A DNA stretch of 64,000 nucleotides from Planktothrix sp. GU0601_MAG3 (GTDB taxonomy: Bacteria; Cyanobacteriota; Cyanobacteriia; Cyanobacteriales; Microcoleaceae): contig CP136572.1 in the NCBI GenBank assembly GCA_035193785.1, forward strand, positions 1,440,001 through 1,504,000. Reading direction: 5' to 3'. The position numbers and the translations under genes are program-made. The notes below the pieces were generated by a model. That model ran no database searches. It was given only the letters and a program-made list of their open reading frames with translations, and was not told where the DNA came from. Below are positions 33,144 through 44,651 of this stretch, piece after piece. Within the stretch, counting starts at the first letter, position 1. Each line of letters opens with the position of its first letter.

Positions 33144-34566
33144 TTAACAGTCGTAGTAGAGGGCAAACTCGTAGGGAGTGGGACGTAACCGGGTGGGGTT
33201 AACTTCGTTATCGAGTTTGTAGGAAATCCAGTTGGCAATAAAGTCTTCGGTGAAGATGCCTGTTTCCGTTAAGAAGGCGTGATCCTGTTCCAAAGCTTCC
33301 AAGGCCAATTCTAAAGAACCTGGGGTGGAAGGAATTTTCCGCAATTCTTCAGGACTGAGATCGTAAATATCCACATCCAAAGGTTTCACCCGGATCGATT
33401 TGGTTTTTAATCCCATCAATCCCAGCACAGAGCATGGCTGCAAAGGCTATGTAGGGGTTAGCGGTGGCATCGGGACACCGGAACTCTAAACGTTTGGCTT
33501 TGGGGTTATTTCCCGACAGAGGAATCCGCACAGAGGCTGAACGGTTGCCTTGAGAGTAGGCCAAGTTCACCGGAGCTTCATACCCAGGAACTAAGCGTTT
33601 GTAGGAGTTGGTACTGGGGTTGGTCAAGGCTAACAACGCCGGGGCGTGTTTGAGAATCCCACCGATGTACCACAGCCCCATGTCGCTGAAGCCCGCGTAT
33701 TTATCGCCAGCAAACAGAGGTTGACTATCTTTCCAAATGGATTGGTGGACGTGCATCCCAGAACCGTTATCCGCAAACACGGGTTTGGGCATGAAGGTGA
33801 CAGTACGGCCGTATTTTTTAGCGACGTTTTTGATCACATATTTGTAGATCATCAAGTTATCGGCGGCTTCAACCAGCGTCCCGAATTTTAAACCGAGTTC
33901 GCACTGTCCACCCGTGGCCACTTCATGGTGATGTTTTTCAATGGGAACCCCACATTTTGCCATGGTTAATAGCATTTCGGTACGGATATCTTGGAACGTA
34001 TCCGTGGGAGCTACGGGGAAATAGCCTTCTTTGTAGCCCGGTTTGTAGGCTAAGTTACCACCGGGTTCTTCCCGTCCCGAATTCCAACGACCTTCAACGG
34101 AATCGACATAGTAATAGCCGCAATGTTGGGTTTGGTCGAAGCGAACATCATCAAAAATGAAGAATTCCGCTTCTGGGCCAAAGAATGCCGTATCGCCAAT
34201 TCCCGTAGAAACTAAATAATCAATGGCTTTTTGGGCAATTACCCGGGGACATCGACTGTAGGGTTCTCCTGTACGGGGTTCTTGAATACTACAAATGATG
34301 CTCAGAGTCGGTTCTGCCATGAAGGGATCAATCCAAGCTGTTTTTGGATCTAACACCATGGACATATCAGATTCGTTAATGGCCTTCCAACCGCGAATAC
34401 TGGAACCATCAAACGGTACGCCGTCTGTAAAGGAGGATTCATCGATTTGGCTGTTATGTACCGTTAGATGCTGCCAGGTTCCTAGCATATCCACGAATTT
34501 CAAGTCAATCATTTGAATCTTTTGGTCTTCGATTAACGATAAGACCTCTTGGGCTGTCTCTGGCAT
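33144..34566 (-). CDS. glnA: Glutamine synthetase type I; apparent frameshift at 33383-33387
   Basis: [35 protein letters not shown], corrected IDPGEPLDVDIY, terminal EFALYYDC. Confidence 0.98.
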
Positions 34567-34642
34567 GGATGAATATCTCCTCAAAAATCTTCTTGATTAT
34601 CTCTGACCGTTTTGGCAGTTGGACTGACAAAGCATCTGGCTG

Positions 34643-34686
34643 ATCATAGTGAGTCAGATTGATTAAGTTTTGTATTGAGTGTTACA
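34643..34686 (-). promoter_or_regulatory. NtcA-activated glnA promoter
   Basis: Minus strand TGTAACACTCAATACA (GTA-N8-TAC, 34686-34671), followed 23 nt after TAC by TATGAT (34648-34643). Confidence 0.8.
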
Positions 34687-34744
34687 ATACAGCACGTCAC
34701 GACTTCAGAATAATTGAAAGATATTATAAGTGGAGATAGACTTC

Positions 34745-35254
34745 ATGCAAGATGCCGTTACCAGCTTAATAAAAAATTACGACAGAACGGGTCGCTATTT
34801 GGATCGGGACGCCCTTGATCAACTCAAGTCCTATTTTGCGACGGGGACAGTCAGAGTTCAAGCTGCCGGGGTGATCAATGGTAATGCCGCCGATTTGGTT
34901 AAACAAGCTGCTATGGCTTTGTTCGACGAGGTTCCTGAGTTGATTCGTCCTGGGGGAAATGCCTACACTACCCGTCGCTATGCGGCTTGCTTACGCGATA
35001 TGGGTTACTACCTGCGCTATGCGACCTATGCCCTGGTAGCTGGGGATATGGATGTTTTGGATGAACGGGTACTTCAAGGTTTACGGGAAACTTATAATTC
35101 TTTGAGCGTTCCTGTTGGCCCTACTGTTTTTGGGATCGGTATTCTGAAAGGTTTGGTTACTGCTCAGGTTGCTGCTGCCGGGTTGCCCACGGGAGATTAT
35201 TTAGAACAACCTTTTGATCATTTAATTCGAGAATTGGGTGAACGGGATATTTAA
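34745..35254 (+). CDS. apcF: Allophycocyanin beta-18 subunit
   Basis: MQDAVTSLIKNYD.., PELIRPGGNAYTTRRYAACLRD; divergent from glnA. Confidence 0.95.
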   Translation: MQDAVTSLIKNYDRTGRYLDRDALDQLKSYFATGTVRVQAAGVINGNAADLVKQAAMALFDEVPELIRPGGNAYTTRRYAACLRDMGYYLRYATYALVAGDMDVLDERVLQGLRETYNSLSVPVGPTVFGIGILKGLVTAQVAAAGLPTGDYLEQPFDHLIRELGERDI

Positions 35255-35410
35255 CTCCTGGACTCGATTTTTTTTCAATAAAACAAAACAGCTAAACTCC
35301 CATTACATCCATTGGGTTAGTAGGGGTTTAGCTAGGTTCGATTTTGTTTCTAGGATTTTTGGTTAAGAAATATATTATGATTTCGCACTGGTCTGAATTT
35401 TAAATATTGT

Positions 35411-35611
35411 TTAAAAATCTTCAAATCTCCCCCAAATAATGCAGGTTTCCAGATTATATACCGTCGGGTTGTTCTCAATATTTTCTGTGGTAGTCATTTC
35501 TACTGTGCCGTTGGGATGGATAATATGAATTAATTCTCCACTTAAAACGGCTATGGGGGAAGCGGCTCTATTTTCTGGTTCAGGAAGCGGAAAGGGATTG
35601 AGGGTATTCAT
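35411..35611 (-). CDS. Small hypothetical protein (66 aa)
   Basis: AGGAG SD before the ATG at 35611; no recognised motif. Confidence 0.5.
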   Translation of the reverse strand: MNTLNPFPLPEPENRAASPIAVLSGELIHIIHPNGTVEMTTTENIENNPTVYNLETCIIWGRFEDF

Positions 35612-35743
35612 AATTTGCTCCTGTTGAATTTGACACAATCTCAATATTAATTAACCCATAAAATTTATTTTTAATTAGTGATATTTCTAACAGGCAATAT
35701 AGATTAATCTCAAGAAATAAAGTGATGGGGATCACAGCTTAAA

Positions 35744-35998
35744 ATCAGTTATCAGTCATCAGTTATCAGTTATCAGTTATTAGTCATCAGTCATCAGTCA
35801 TCAGTCATCAGTCATCAGTCATCAGTTTATTACCCATTCCCTGCTCCCCCCGCCCCCCCTGCTCCCCCTGCTCCCCCTGCTCCCCCTGCTCCCCCTGCTC
35901 CCCCTGCTCCCCCTGCTCCCCCTGCTCCCCCTGCTCCCCCTGCTCCCCCTGCTCCCCCCGCCCCCTGCTCCCCCTGCTCCCCCTGCTCCCCTACCCCC
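35744..35998. repeat. Heptamer array (TCAGTTA/TCAGTCA) followed by a CCCCCTGCTC array
   Basis: Directly visible short tandem repeats. Confidence 0.9.
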
Positions 35999-36005
35999 CT
36001 ACTCC

Positions 36006-36839
36006 GTGAAACAAAGACTTGATACCTTATTAGTAGACCTTAATTTATGTGAGTCCCGCCAACAGGCTCAAGGGTTAATCCGAGCGGGATCGGTTTTAGT
36101 GAATCAACAAATGATCGATAAACCCGGAACGGAAGTTAATGTAGAAGCCCAGATTCAGGTAAAACAGCGATCGCGTTTTGTCTCCAGAGGGGGGGAAAAA
36201 CTGGCTAAAGCCCTAGAGGAATTTAAAATTGAGGTGAGCGATCGCGTCTGTCTGGATGGGGGCATTTCCACTGGCGGTTTCACCGATTGTTTATTAAAAA
36301 CCGGAGCGACAAAAGTTTATGGTGTGGATGTGGGTTATGGACAAGTAGACTGGGGAATTAGAAATGATCCCCGGGTAGTTTTGAAAGAACGGACAAACCT
36401 GCGCTATTTAACGCCCGAGCAATTGTATGGGGAATCAGATACACCGGAAAATTATCCCGATTTTGCTGTTGTGGATGTCTCGTTTATTTCCTTAACCAAA
36501 ATCTTGCCCCCGTTGTGGCAATTGTTAAAGCCGAATCGGGAAGTGGTACTGTTAGTCAAACCTCAATTTGAGGTGGGCAGAGAACGGGTGGGTAAAAAGG
36601 GAGTTGTCCGAGATTCTAAGGATCACGCCCATGCTATCTTTCAGGTGGGTTCTGTTGCGATATCCTTGGGATGGCAATATCGAGGTTTAACTTGGTCACC
36701 CCTTCAGGGCCCGGCCGGAAATATTGAATATTTGTTGTGGCTAGATATGGTTGGTCAACCTCTGCCTTCTGAGTTGGCGATCGCCCAAATTACTCAACTC
36801 GCCCAACAAACCCTAACCCAATCCCCTAGTCACCCTTAA
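36006..36839 (+). CDS. tlyA: TlyA family RNA methyltransferase
   Basis: S4 domain, [38 protein letters not shown]. Confidence 0.95.
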   Translation: MKQRLDTLLVDLNLCESRQQAQGLIRAGSVLVNQQMIDKPGTEVNVEAQIQVKQRSRFVSRGGEKLAKALEEFKIEVSDRVCLDGGISTGGFTDCLLKTGATKVYGVDVGYGQVDWGIRNDPRVVLKERTNLRYLTPEQLYGESDTPENYPDFAVVDVSFISLTKILPPLWQLLKPNREVVLLVKPQFEVGRERVGKKGVVRDSKDHAHAIFQVGSVAISLGWQYRGLTWSPLQGPAGNIEYLLWLDMVGQPLPSELAIAQITQLAQQTLTQSPSHP

Positions 36840-36856
36840 CCTTTTAAATCGGTTCA

Positions 36857-37546
36857 ATGAATTTATCCAAACTACTGAAGCGCATTACGATTTATGTCAT
36901 AAGCGCTTTCATGTTTGTCTTTTGTGTGATTTTTGTCACGCTTGTGGCGATCGCCATTAAGGTTTTAGTCTTAAAACTTGCCCATAGATTTGTTTATCCA
37001 ATTTTTATATTTGGCGATTTACTTAGGGGTTTAGAAATTATTGATTTACTCAATATTTTAGTTTTTGCGATTGTGGGAATGGGATTGGGAGTGGCAACGG
37101 GTTTGTTACCCACTCGGGATGCTCGAAAAATTAGTCAGGTTTTTCTGATTATTTTAATTCCAATTATTTTAGCGGTTCCTCAAGTGGTTAAATACAATCT
37201 TTGGGTGGAGGATATTGCTCAGGATGATGATCTTTCCTTTCCGCAAGCGCAAACTGTAGCTGATGCTTTTCTTCAACGCAGAATTAATCAGGATGGGGTT
37301 TTCGGGTTTTATTTATATACTGGACAATTTCCTATGGTTCCGACGCGACAAGTTCAAATGCAGGAATTGGAACGTTTGGAACAGCAAGTTAACTCTAAAT
37401 TTGTGCGGGTGAGTGGGATTCCTCCGACTTTAATTACAATTATTATGGGAGTTTGTTTTTGGGGAATTAGGATGTTTTATTTTTCGGTTGCTGTGATTAC
37501 GGCGATCGCTCATTATCGAGAAGGATTAAGGATTGTTGCGAAATAG
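36857..37546 (+). CDS. Hypothetical membrane protein
   Basis: Four hydrophobic segments; starts 17 nt after tlyA. Confidence 0.7.
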   Translation: MNLSKLLKRITIYVISAFMFVFCVIFVTLVAIAIKVLVLKLAHRFVYPIFIFGDLLRGLEIIDLLNILVFAIVGMGLGVATGLLPTRDARKISQVFLIILIPIILAVPQVVKYNLWVEDIAQDDDLSFPQAQTVADAFLQRRINQDGVFGFYLYTGQFPMVPTRQVQMQELERLEQQVNSKFVRVSGIPPTLITIIMGVCFWGIRMFYFSVAVITAIAHYREGLRIVAK

Positions 37547-37551
37547 TTATG

Positions 37552-37625
37552 GCAAGAGGGAAGAGGGAAGAGGGAAGAGGGAAGAGGTAATAGGTAATAG
37601 GTAATAGGTAATAGGTAATAGGTAA
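37552..37625. repeat. Heptamer arrays (GGAAGAG)n and (GGTAATA)n
   Basis: Directly visible. Confidence 0.9.
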
Positions 37626-37905
37626 ATACTTACTATGAGCAGCTTTAGCTTTCAAGAATGTCCTAATAGATGCGGCAACTGCTATAGATTTTGGGGGGTT
37701 GTATGTTGACTAAAAAGTCAAGCGTATAGTCATGTTAGACGTAAGAATATTGTCTCCTAAATCGGGGTTTTTGTCAAGTCGTTTGGCGAACTAATCCGGC
37801 GAAAATTTAGGATTTAGGATGAAGTGGCATCCTGAAGCAGAAAATCGGGAGTGATTAGTTGGGAGAAAAAAGACGAAGCGGGGTGAGGGATTGGGTTGAG
37901 GAAAG

Positions 37906-38319
37906 TTATCGCCAATAGGGTCTACCTTTCCAAAATAGACCGATTAAAATTCCCATGGTGGTAATTTGAGAGGTACTGAGTAAAATTACAGGAGTAAAGA
38001 TGGATTTATAGATGAATAAAACAATTAATAAACTAATAAATAATGCCCATAAACAAGCAACGTTAAGAAAAACTTTAGCGGGCTGAATTTCGATTAAATA
38101 AATTGATAGGGCTCCCACCCCCACCCCGACTCCAAATAGAATCAACATCCCCAGGGGAGGAGTCAATAAAAGAAGCATAATTTGTTTGAATGCTAGAGAG
38201 TGAGTGATTCCCCAGAGGGTCAAAACTTCGGCGATCGCAACTATTAAATAAGTCAGGGCGACACTTTGTAACAAAGACAACCAAGGTAAATTTTTGAGCC
38301 GTTGTATAAAATTATTCAT
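37906..38319 (-). CDS. Hypothetical membrane protein
   Basis: RLKNLPWLSLLQ, four TM segments, terminal FWKGRPYWR. Confidence 0.7.
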   Translation of the reverse strand: MNNFIQRLKNLPWLSLLQSVALTYLIVAIAEVLTLWGITHSLAFKQIMLLLLTPPLGMLILFGVGVGVGALSIYLIEIQPAKVFLNVACLWALFISLLIVLFIYKSIFTPVILLSTSQITTMGILIGLFWKGRPYWR

Positions 38320-38473
38320 AGATTTTTTACTAAAATTCACCCATCTCAACCGGTCTACCCAGTGGAACTTAATTTTATCGATTTTTTGATTCAACTCACG
38401 TTAAAATTTTTGATGTTGAGAACCTCGAACCAATTCCAAATCTAAGACCGATAAAGCAACAGAGGAGAAACCG

Positions 38474-38680
38474 ATGATAGAAACATCAATTAACTGTGCA
38501 GAAGCCTGTGTAAATGGCTGTGTTTTGGGGGATAAATGCCCCAATCGGGAATATATCCCGGAAACGGAGAACTTTATCAATAATACATCCTTAGACCAAA
38601 TCTTAGAAATGGCAGAGGAAGCGGTGCGGAAGAAAAGAGTACAGCCCCCCACTTGGGTTTTACCGGATTTTCCCGAGTGA
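38474..38680 (+). CDS. Small Cys-containing hypothetical protein
   Basis: AGAGGAG SD; NCAEACVNGCVLGDKCPN motif. Confidence 0.75.
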   Translation: MIETSINCAEACVNGCVLGDKCPNREYIPETENFINNTSLDQILEMAEEAVRKKRVQPPTWVLPDFPE

Positions 38681-38849
38681 ATCAATGGGGTAGAGGGAAT
38701 ATTAAACCCGATATGGCAATGATCGGGGATTTACAACAATTGAGTTGTTGACGGGGAAAGGAGTAAAATGGATCACAAGATTTCCTTTCCCGGTGAAATT
38801 TATAAAACTTGCCGAGAAAACCCCATCTGCTTGTGGGTGGGGCGGTTGA

Positions 38850-39650
38850 CTACTTAATTTTATTGGCGACAATCCGAATTCGCTTATAGTCAGCAATCCA
38901 AGTCCCATTCTTAAATAATTTGGGACGTAGGCGAGCTTCGATATCATTCATAATATGTAGTTGTTCTGAGGCTGGAATTCCTTTAAAAAATTCTCCAGCA
39001 AACATTCTTAACCAATTATTTAAGCCTTTTTCTCCGTCATTTAAGGGGGTAGGACGCTCCACCAGGGTTGCCAGCTTTAACTCAAATCCTTGGGTTTCTA
39101 AAAGCGCTCCATATTCGCTAATACTCGGAAAATACCAGGGATTCAGGGTTTGATTTTGGGGGTATCCCGCGGCATCTAAAGCCTGATCTATTGCTGTAAT
39201 AATTGTATCAATATTGCCTTTCCCGCCAAATTCTGCCACAAAACGTCCCCCGGGTTTTAAGGCTCGACAAACTCCAGAAATGACTTTTTCCGGTTGTTTA
39301 ATCCAATGTAAAACCGCATTAGAAAACACCGCATCAAACTGTTCTTTCCAGGCTAGGTTGGCTCCATCAATCACCAAAAAATTCAGACCGGGATAGGTTT
39401 GATTGGCTTTTTTAACCATGGTTGGTGCCCTATCAATGCCGATAACTTCGGCCCCCGTATTTGTGATTTTGTAACTCAAGTTACCTGTACCACAACCGAG
39501 ATCGAGAATGTGTTCTCCTGCACGGGGATCAAGCAATTCTAAGAGATCTACGGCTAAATTGGAGACAAAGCTATGATGACTATCGTATAGTTTTGCATCC
39601 CAATAAGGCATAGGAGCCATAGGAGCATAGTTTAGGGTCTTAGTATTCAT
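38850..39650 (-). CDS. Class I SAM-dependent methyltransferase (trans-aconitate methyltransferase-like)
   Basis: ILDLGCGTG, FDAVFSNAVLHW, LKPGGRFVAEFGG. Confidence 0.9.
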   Translation of the reverse strand: MNTKTLNYAPMAPMPYWDAKLYDSHHSFVSNLAVDLLELLDPRAGEHILDLGCGTGNLSYKITNTGAEVIGIDRAPTMVKKANQTYPGLNFLVIDGANLAWKEQFDAVFSNAVLHWIKQPEKVISGVCRALKPGGRFVAEFGGKGNIDTIITAIDQALDAAGYPQNQTLNPWYFPSISEYGALLETQGFELKLATLVERPTPLNDGEKGLNNWLRMFAGEFFKGIPASEQLHIMNDIEARLRPKLFKNGTWIADYKRIRIVANKIK

Positions 39651-40226
39651 GGCGACGGTAAGGCGGAATTTACTTGTCGTTTTTTATTATGCAACATTTT
39701 GTTCATAATTAACTAAAAGTCAAGGAAAGTTTAGACTAATTTCGAGAGGAAGGTTTTGGACTCAGACTCAAAGGTTGATTTCACCGAGAAAAGGGGATCT
39801 TAACTCCTTGGTGATTGGGAAACAGGAATCTTTTTATAGCATCTGGTGAAGCTTGATTTTATCTGGTTGAAGATAGAGATTTAGTCAACCCCTCATTTTA
39901 CTTTTATAAAAGTCTTTAAAATTTTGATAAAATGGTCATTACCGAGGGTATAGTTGCTTTATGGTTAATCATAATTGACAAAAAAAACTAAATATGATAT
40001 CTGTCCCCCATGGCACAAAGTCGGGTCAAACAAATCCATCCTAAATACATTTTAACCTCACATTGGGAAACAATATTAAGCCCAAAGTAACGATGCAATT
40101 TTATTCGGGGTGATTACGCAAGGTTATAATCTGACGACATCAGAGTTTTCATCATTTATTATCTATAATCCAGATAAATTGTATCAGCAGCTACTTTTTA
40201 TCCTTAGTATGCAGGACAGTTAATTT

Positions 40227-41673
40227 ATGTTTCCATTAAAATCCCATCTGATTTCTCAAAGAATTTCTGGCCGGGCTTTTCTGATCGGTGTTTCTGGCGG
40301 TGTTCACCGTGATTTTGACCGTGACACTGCACTCCGCATCCTTTGCTATGACCTATCCTGATTCGGTAGTGAATCAAACAATCCAGGGTCAGGAGTTAAT
40401 GGCCCAGTCTCCGGTGCCAATTGTGGAGCAACCTGACCCTGACAACCCCTCCGATATCCCAACGGCCGATACAGCTTTGTTGTTTCAAAATAACCGTTAT
40501 GTGGTGAGGGTGTTTGGACAGGAAAACAAGGCTTATATCAATATTTATGACAGGGAAAATAAAACCCTAACCCTGAAAAAAATCCCAGTTTCAATTACTC
40601 CGGCTAAAAATCCCCAAAAAGATCCGATTAAATACGTTGCCACGATCGATAACCAAAAATATATCGTCATTATTAACCCCTTGGGTGCTTCGGAGTTAAC
40701 TATTTTGAAAGGGGAAACGGTGGTCTACCGCCAGGGGAGTAATCGGGTTGAGGTGGCCCAAAAAGTTCCGGGTATTTCTGAGCAAGCTGAACCCGTCAAT
40801 CCCACCCTTGCCTTAGTTAGAAAAATATTTATTAATTATGCCAAACTAACCATCTTTGCTCTGATGTTTTCGATGGCCATTCGTTGGAAGTTTGAGGATG
40901 TGATCTGGTTGGGTAAGCAACCGTCTCTCCTGCTGCGATCGCTAGTCTCGGTATTCATTGCCGTACCCTTGTTAGGAGCATTAACCATGCTGATTCCGGG
41001 GTTGACCGTGGCACAACACATTGGGATTTGGGCGATGATCACCTGTCCCGGTGCGCCGATGATTCCGTTTAAAAGCCTGCAAGCCGGGGGAAATGCCAAA
41101 TTTGTCGCTAGTTTACAGTTTATGGTGTGCATTTTAGCCATTATTAGCATTCCCTTAACAGCCCTGATTCTAGCTCAGTTCTCTCCCAATCAAGCCTGGT
41201 TGTCGCCGGAAGAAATTGCCAAACAAATCTTTTTTGCCCAGGTGTTGCCCATGGGAATTGGGGTTTTACTGGCCCAATATGCCCCCAAACTTGCAGAGGA
41301 TTTGGTGGAGCCCGTAACCAAAATTGCGAAATTGATGCTTGTGTTGGTGGTGATTCTGCTGCTGGCGATTACCCTGGAAAAAGTTCTGAATGCCGGATTT
41401 TGGGCTTACTTGGCGATGGTTTTTCTCTCGATTACTTCCCTGGCCTGTGGTCATTTCTTGGGCGGATCTGAACCTGAAACTCAAACGGTTCTGGCCTATG
41501 CAACGGCGACTCGCAATGGGGGTTTAGCAATTTTATTGGTCAGCTTGAATTTTCCCAATCTCGATTATATCAAAGGTGGGATTATTGATTCGCTGATTAC
41601 CTATGCTTTAATTGCCGCCTTTGTCTCTATTCCTTATACAATCTGGCGGAAAAGAACAATGGTTCAAAATTAG
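40227..41673 (+). CDS. Bile acid:sodium symporter (BASS) family protein with N-terminal extracytoplasmic extension; probable frameshift at 40290-40294
   Basis: CPGAPM, QVLPMGIG and ATRNGGLA transporter motifs preceded by a signal-like segment and a soluble domain. Confidence 0.75.
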
Positions 41674-41789
41674 AGGGGTATTAATTAGTAAAAGATTAAG
41701 GTTAAGTTAAGCCAGTTTAACATTTTGTAGCAGATCCAGAATGTTCTACCCTAGAACATTGGATCTGTATTTTTTGAGGAGAAGTGATT

Positions 41790-42735
41790 ATGTCGGGTAG
41801 CGAATTAAAAGCGGATTTTTGGGTAAGCGAGTATATCACACCTTGGGATATTTATGTTCATGGAATTACCAAGGTATTAGCTTATAAAAAAACCCCCTAT
41901 CAAGATATGTATGTTGTTGAAACGGGAGCCTATGGAAAAGCCTTAGTTCTCGATGGGAAATGGCAATCTTGTACCGGAGATGAATTTCTCTACCATGAAA
42001 CCCTTAGTCCATGTCGCTTCGGTTTATCATGGGTCTCCTCGAAAAGTTGCGGTTTTGGGCGGGGGAGAAGGGGCGACCATTCGGGAGGTTTTGCGCTGGA
42101 AAACCATTGAATGTGTAGCCATGATTGACTTAGATGGGGATGTGGTCGATGCCTGCAAAGAACATCTGCCGGAAATGCACCAAAATGCCTTTGATGATCC
42201 TCGCACCCAATTAATTATCGGGGATGCGATCGACTTTTTAGAGCAGACTCAGGAAAAATGGGATATTGTGATTTCTGATTTATCCGATCCGATTGAAGAT
42301 GGGCCATCCTTTAAACTGTTCACTAAGGAATATTTTGAAAAAATTCGTCAAATTTTAACCCCCGATGGCTATGGGGTAATTCAAGCTGGCCCGGTTTCCC
42401 CGAATGAGATGAAACTGCACGTCCGCTTGGTAAATACTCTGAAAACGGTTTTTCCCCATGTTCACTCCTATACCAGTTATATTTCCACCTACGGAAGTCC
42501 CTGGAGTTTTATTATCGTTTCTGCCCAACCGATTAATACCCGTCCTGAACCGGAAAATGTTGATCAGGTTTTACAGGAGCAAACCACCGGAGGTCTACGG
42601 ATGTTTGATGGGACAACGATGTTAGGAATGTTACAAACTCCTAAACATTTGCGGGATGCGATCGCGGCGGAAACCGAAATTTATACCTTAGCTGAACCGC
42701 CGAAATTCTTTGGCAAAGGGGCTACTGTAGAGTAG
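41790..42735 (+). CDS. speE: Polyamine aminopropyltransferase (spermidine synthase-like); apparent frameshift at 41997-42001
   Basis: LDGKWQS..DEFLYHEPLVH (corrected), LGGGEGAT, DLSDP. Confidence 0.9.
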
Positions 42736-42752
42736 AAAGTTATTAAGTCTTG

Positions 42753-42788
42753 ATCTGTGGGGGTAATTCATGAATTGCCCCTACAGAT
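42753..42788. repeat. REP-like palindrome (GGGGTAATTCATGAATTGCCCCTAC)
   Basis: Near-perfect palindrome after speE; other palindromic REP-like units near 33032, 46128, 47087 and 50122. Confidence 0.7.
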
Positions 42789-42943
42789 TAGATTGGTTTC
42801 CCATAATTTAAGGTGGGAGAGTGTTAACAATTAACCAAAATATAGTACAATACATCCCGATACCCAAGTCCTGTGTACCGAAAAATTAATTATAAAAAAT
42901 CCCACCAATAACCCTTTTTGGTGATTGAGGAGTAAAACTACAA

Positions 42944-43541
42944 ATGGCAAAATCTAAAGTATTGCGTCCAGGTAATCTTATTTTATTAGCAGGATTAATC
43001 GGTCTGGGTTTTGGGGGACTAGGATGGAAACAACAGTTCGCCAAGGCTGAAAATGCTGAGGTGGCAACGGGTTTAAACTGGTCGGGGGCTTCTTTCCCCG
43101 TTGAAGGCTTTCAAGAATATACTTCCCCCTTCGGGTATCGGGGGTCAGGTTTTCACTATGGTTTAGATTTGGCGGCCCCCCAAGGCAGTTATATTCGCAG
43201 TTGGTGGCAGGGGACGGTGACGGAGGTTTGGCAAGATGACCGTTGCGGGACTGGCATTGCGATTCAGTCTGGTCAATGGGAACATATTTATTGTCATATC
43301 CAAGGCAGTGTGGAAAAAAACGCTCAAGGGACTTATTTTATTGACCGACAGGGGGGGATTCAACTCTGGGAAGGTCAACAGGTTTCCCTCTGGGACTAGA
43401 ATTGCTAGGGTGGGGATGACGGGACGGACGACGGGGCCCCACCTACACTGGGGATTAAAGCATAATGGCCGTTGGGTTGATCCCGGTCGGGTGTTACGCT
43501 CGATGTACAATCAGCAAGTTCAACAGGCGAATCGGGGATAG
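42944..43541 (+). CDS. M23 family metallopeptidase; apparent frameshift at 43382-43386
   Basis: HYGLDLAAP, HIYCH, TGRTTGPHLHWG. Confidence 0.9.
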
Positions 43542-43621
43542 GTTGGGGGTTGTTGCTTAAACTATAGTCTAGGGAGTTAAATTTTTATCAAAAAAATGAG
43601 TAACCCTTGATACGATAGTTA

Positions 43622-43748
43622 ATGTGAGATTTGAAAACTTCTACCCGCAGGCTGATGTAGAAAGCGGCGTTTAGGTATCTTCAAATCAAAACAACAACGG
43701 TATCCATAAATCCAGACCAGCAGTTGAGATTTGGCGCTGGTCTTTTTT
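43622..43748 (+). ncRNA. Candidate sRNA resembling PsrR1 (SyR1)
   Basis: Extended -10 TGA-TACGAT at 43608-43616, internal CAACAACGGTATCCATAAATCC, terminator AGACCAGC...GCTGGTCT + T-run; about 126 nt. The PsrR1 resemblance is from memory. Confidence 0.55.
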
Positions 43749-43885
43749 GTGGGGGAATGAGGATCACGGATTTAAGGGGATTTCGCGGATTTCACGGATT
43801 TTCATCTTTGTTAATATGTGTTATCCTCTTGAGTCCGTCCTGTTCCCTATTCCCCATTCGTAATTCGTAATTCCATCTAATCAAA

Positions 43886-44263
43886 TTAGTTAAATGCTGG
43901 ATTCTGAAATTTGCCAATTATTTTTTGAGCAAATATAACTATTTTTTCGATGAAATATCTTAATTTTTGGGGGGATTTAATTGCCCAAATATTAATTACT
44001 AAACAGGTTGTTCCTAGGGATAATAGGATATAGGTGGGAATCAGAACTACACCAATCATAAACCAACTGAAGACGTGCAGCACCATCAATCCTGAATACA
44101 AACTAGCAAATGCGGAAATTAATAGGATTTGAGGGGTGGGACGATTTAGACCAATAAAAATCAAGGTTTGTAGGGTCGCTAATATATTAAAGGGGACTAA
44201 AAAAGCACAAATTCCTAAACAGTTATTTCGAGAAAAGTCAGCAAGTGTAGTTAAATCTATCAT
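43886..44263 (-). CDS. Hypothetical membrane protein
   Basis: FSRNNCLGICAFLVPFNILAT..LHVFSWFMIGVV..PTYILL; three TM segments. Confidence 0.75.
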   Translation of the reverse strand: MIDLTTLADFSRNNCLGICAFLVPFNILATLQTLIFIGLNRPTPQILLISAFASLYSGLMVLHVFSWFMIGVVLIPTYILLSLGTTCLVINIWAIKSPQKLRYFIEKIVIFAQKIIGKFQNPAFN

Positions 44264-44346
44264 GATCAAAACTCTGGTTTTTGAGAATAGCTGGAGATGC
44301 AATGTTTTTGATCGTTTGGACTTCTATATTATAGCCTGGTTAATGG

Positions 44347-44457
44347 CTATCGTTTTTTAGTTGTCCAAAAATTGGTAAACATCATTAAAAAACTACCGAT
44401 AACAATGACCAGGGCGAGTCCGACGGGGATCGCCGTTTCTAAATCAATATTTTCCAT
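44347..44457 (-). CDS. Putative 36-aa single-TM micro-protein (not in the ORF track)
   Basis: MENIDLETAIPVGLALVIVIGSFLMMFTNFWTTKKR: acidic N-terminus, hydrophobic helix, basic tail. Confidence 0.55.
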   Translation of the reverse strand: MENIDLETAIPVGLALVIVIGSFLMMFTNFWTTKKR

Positions 44458-44651
44458 GGTTTTTTGTTTCTATGCAATCAAGGGATACCTTAACACAGAT
44501 ATTTCTACTTGGGGAAGGGAAAGGCCATAATTTTGAGGATTGACGATTTCACAGACCTTGAGCAACTTTGCCTTTCTTCTGCTACCATTAAATTTGTTAT
44601 ATATCTTAATCTATAGGAATAGTCCTTTAACAAAATTATACGGAGAAGACA

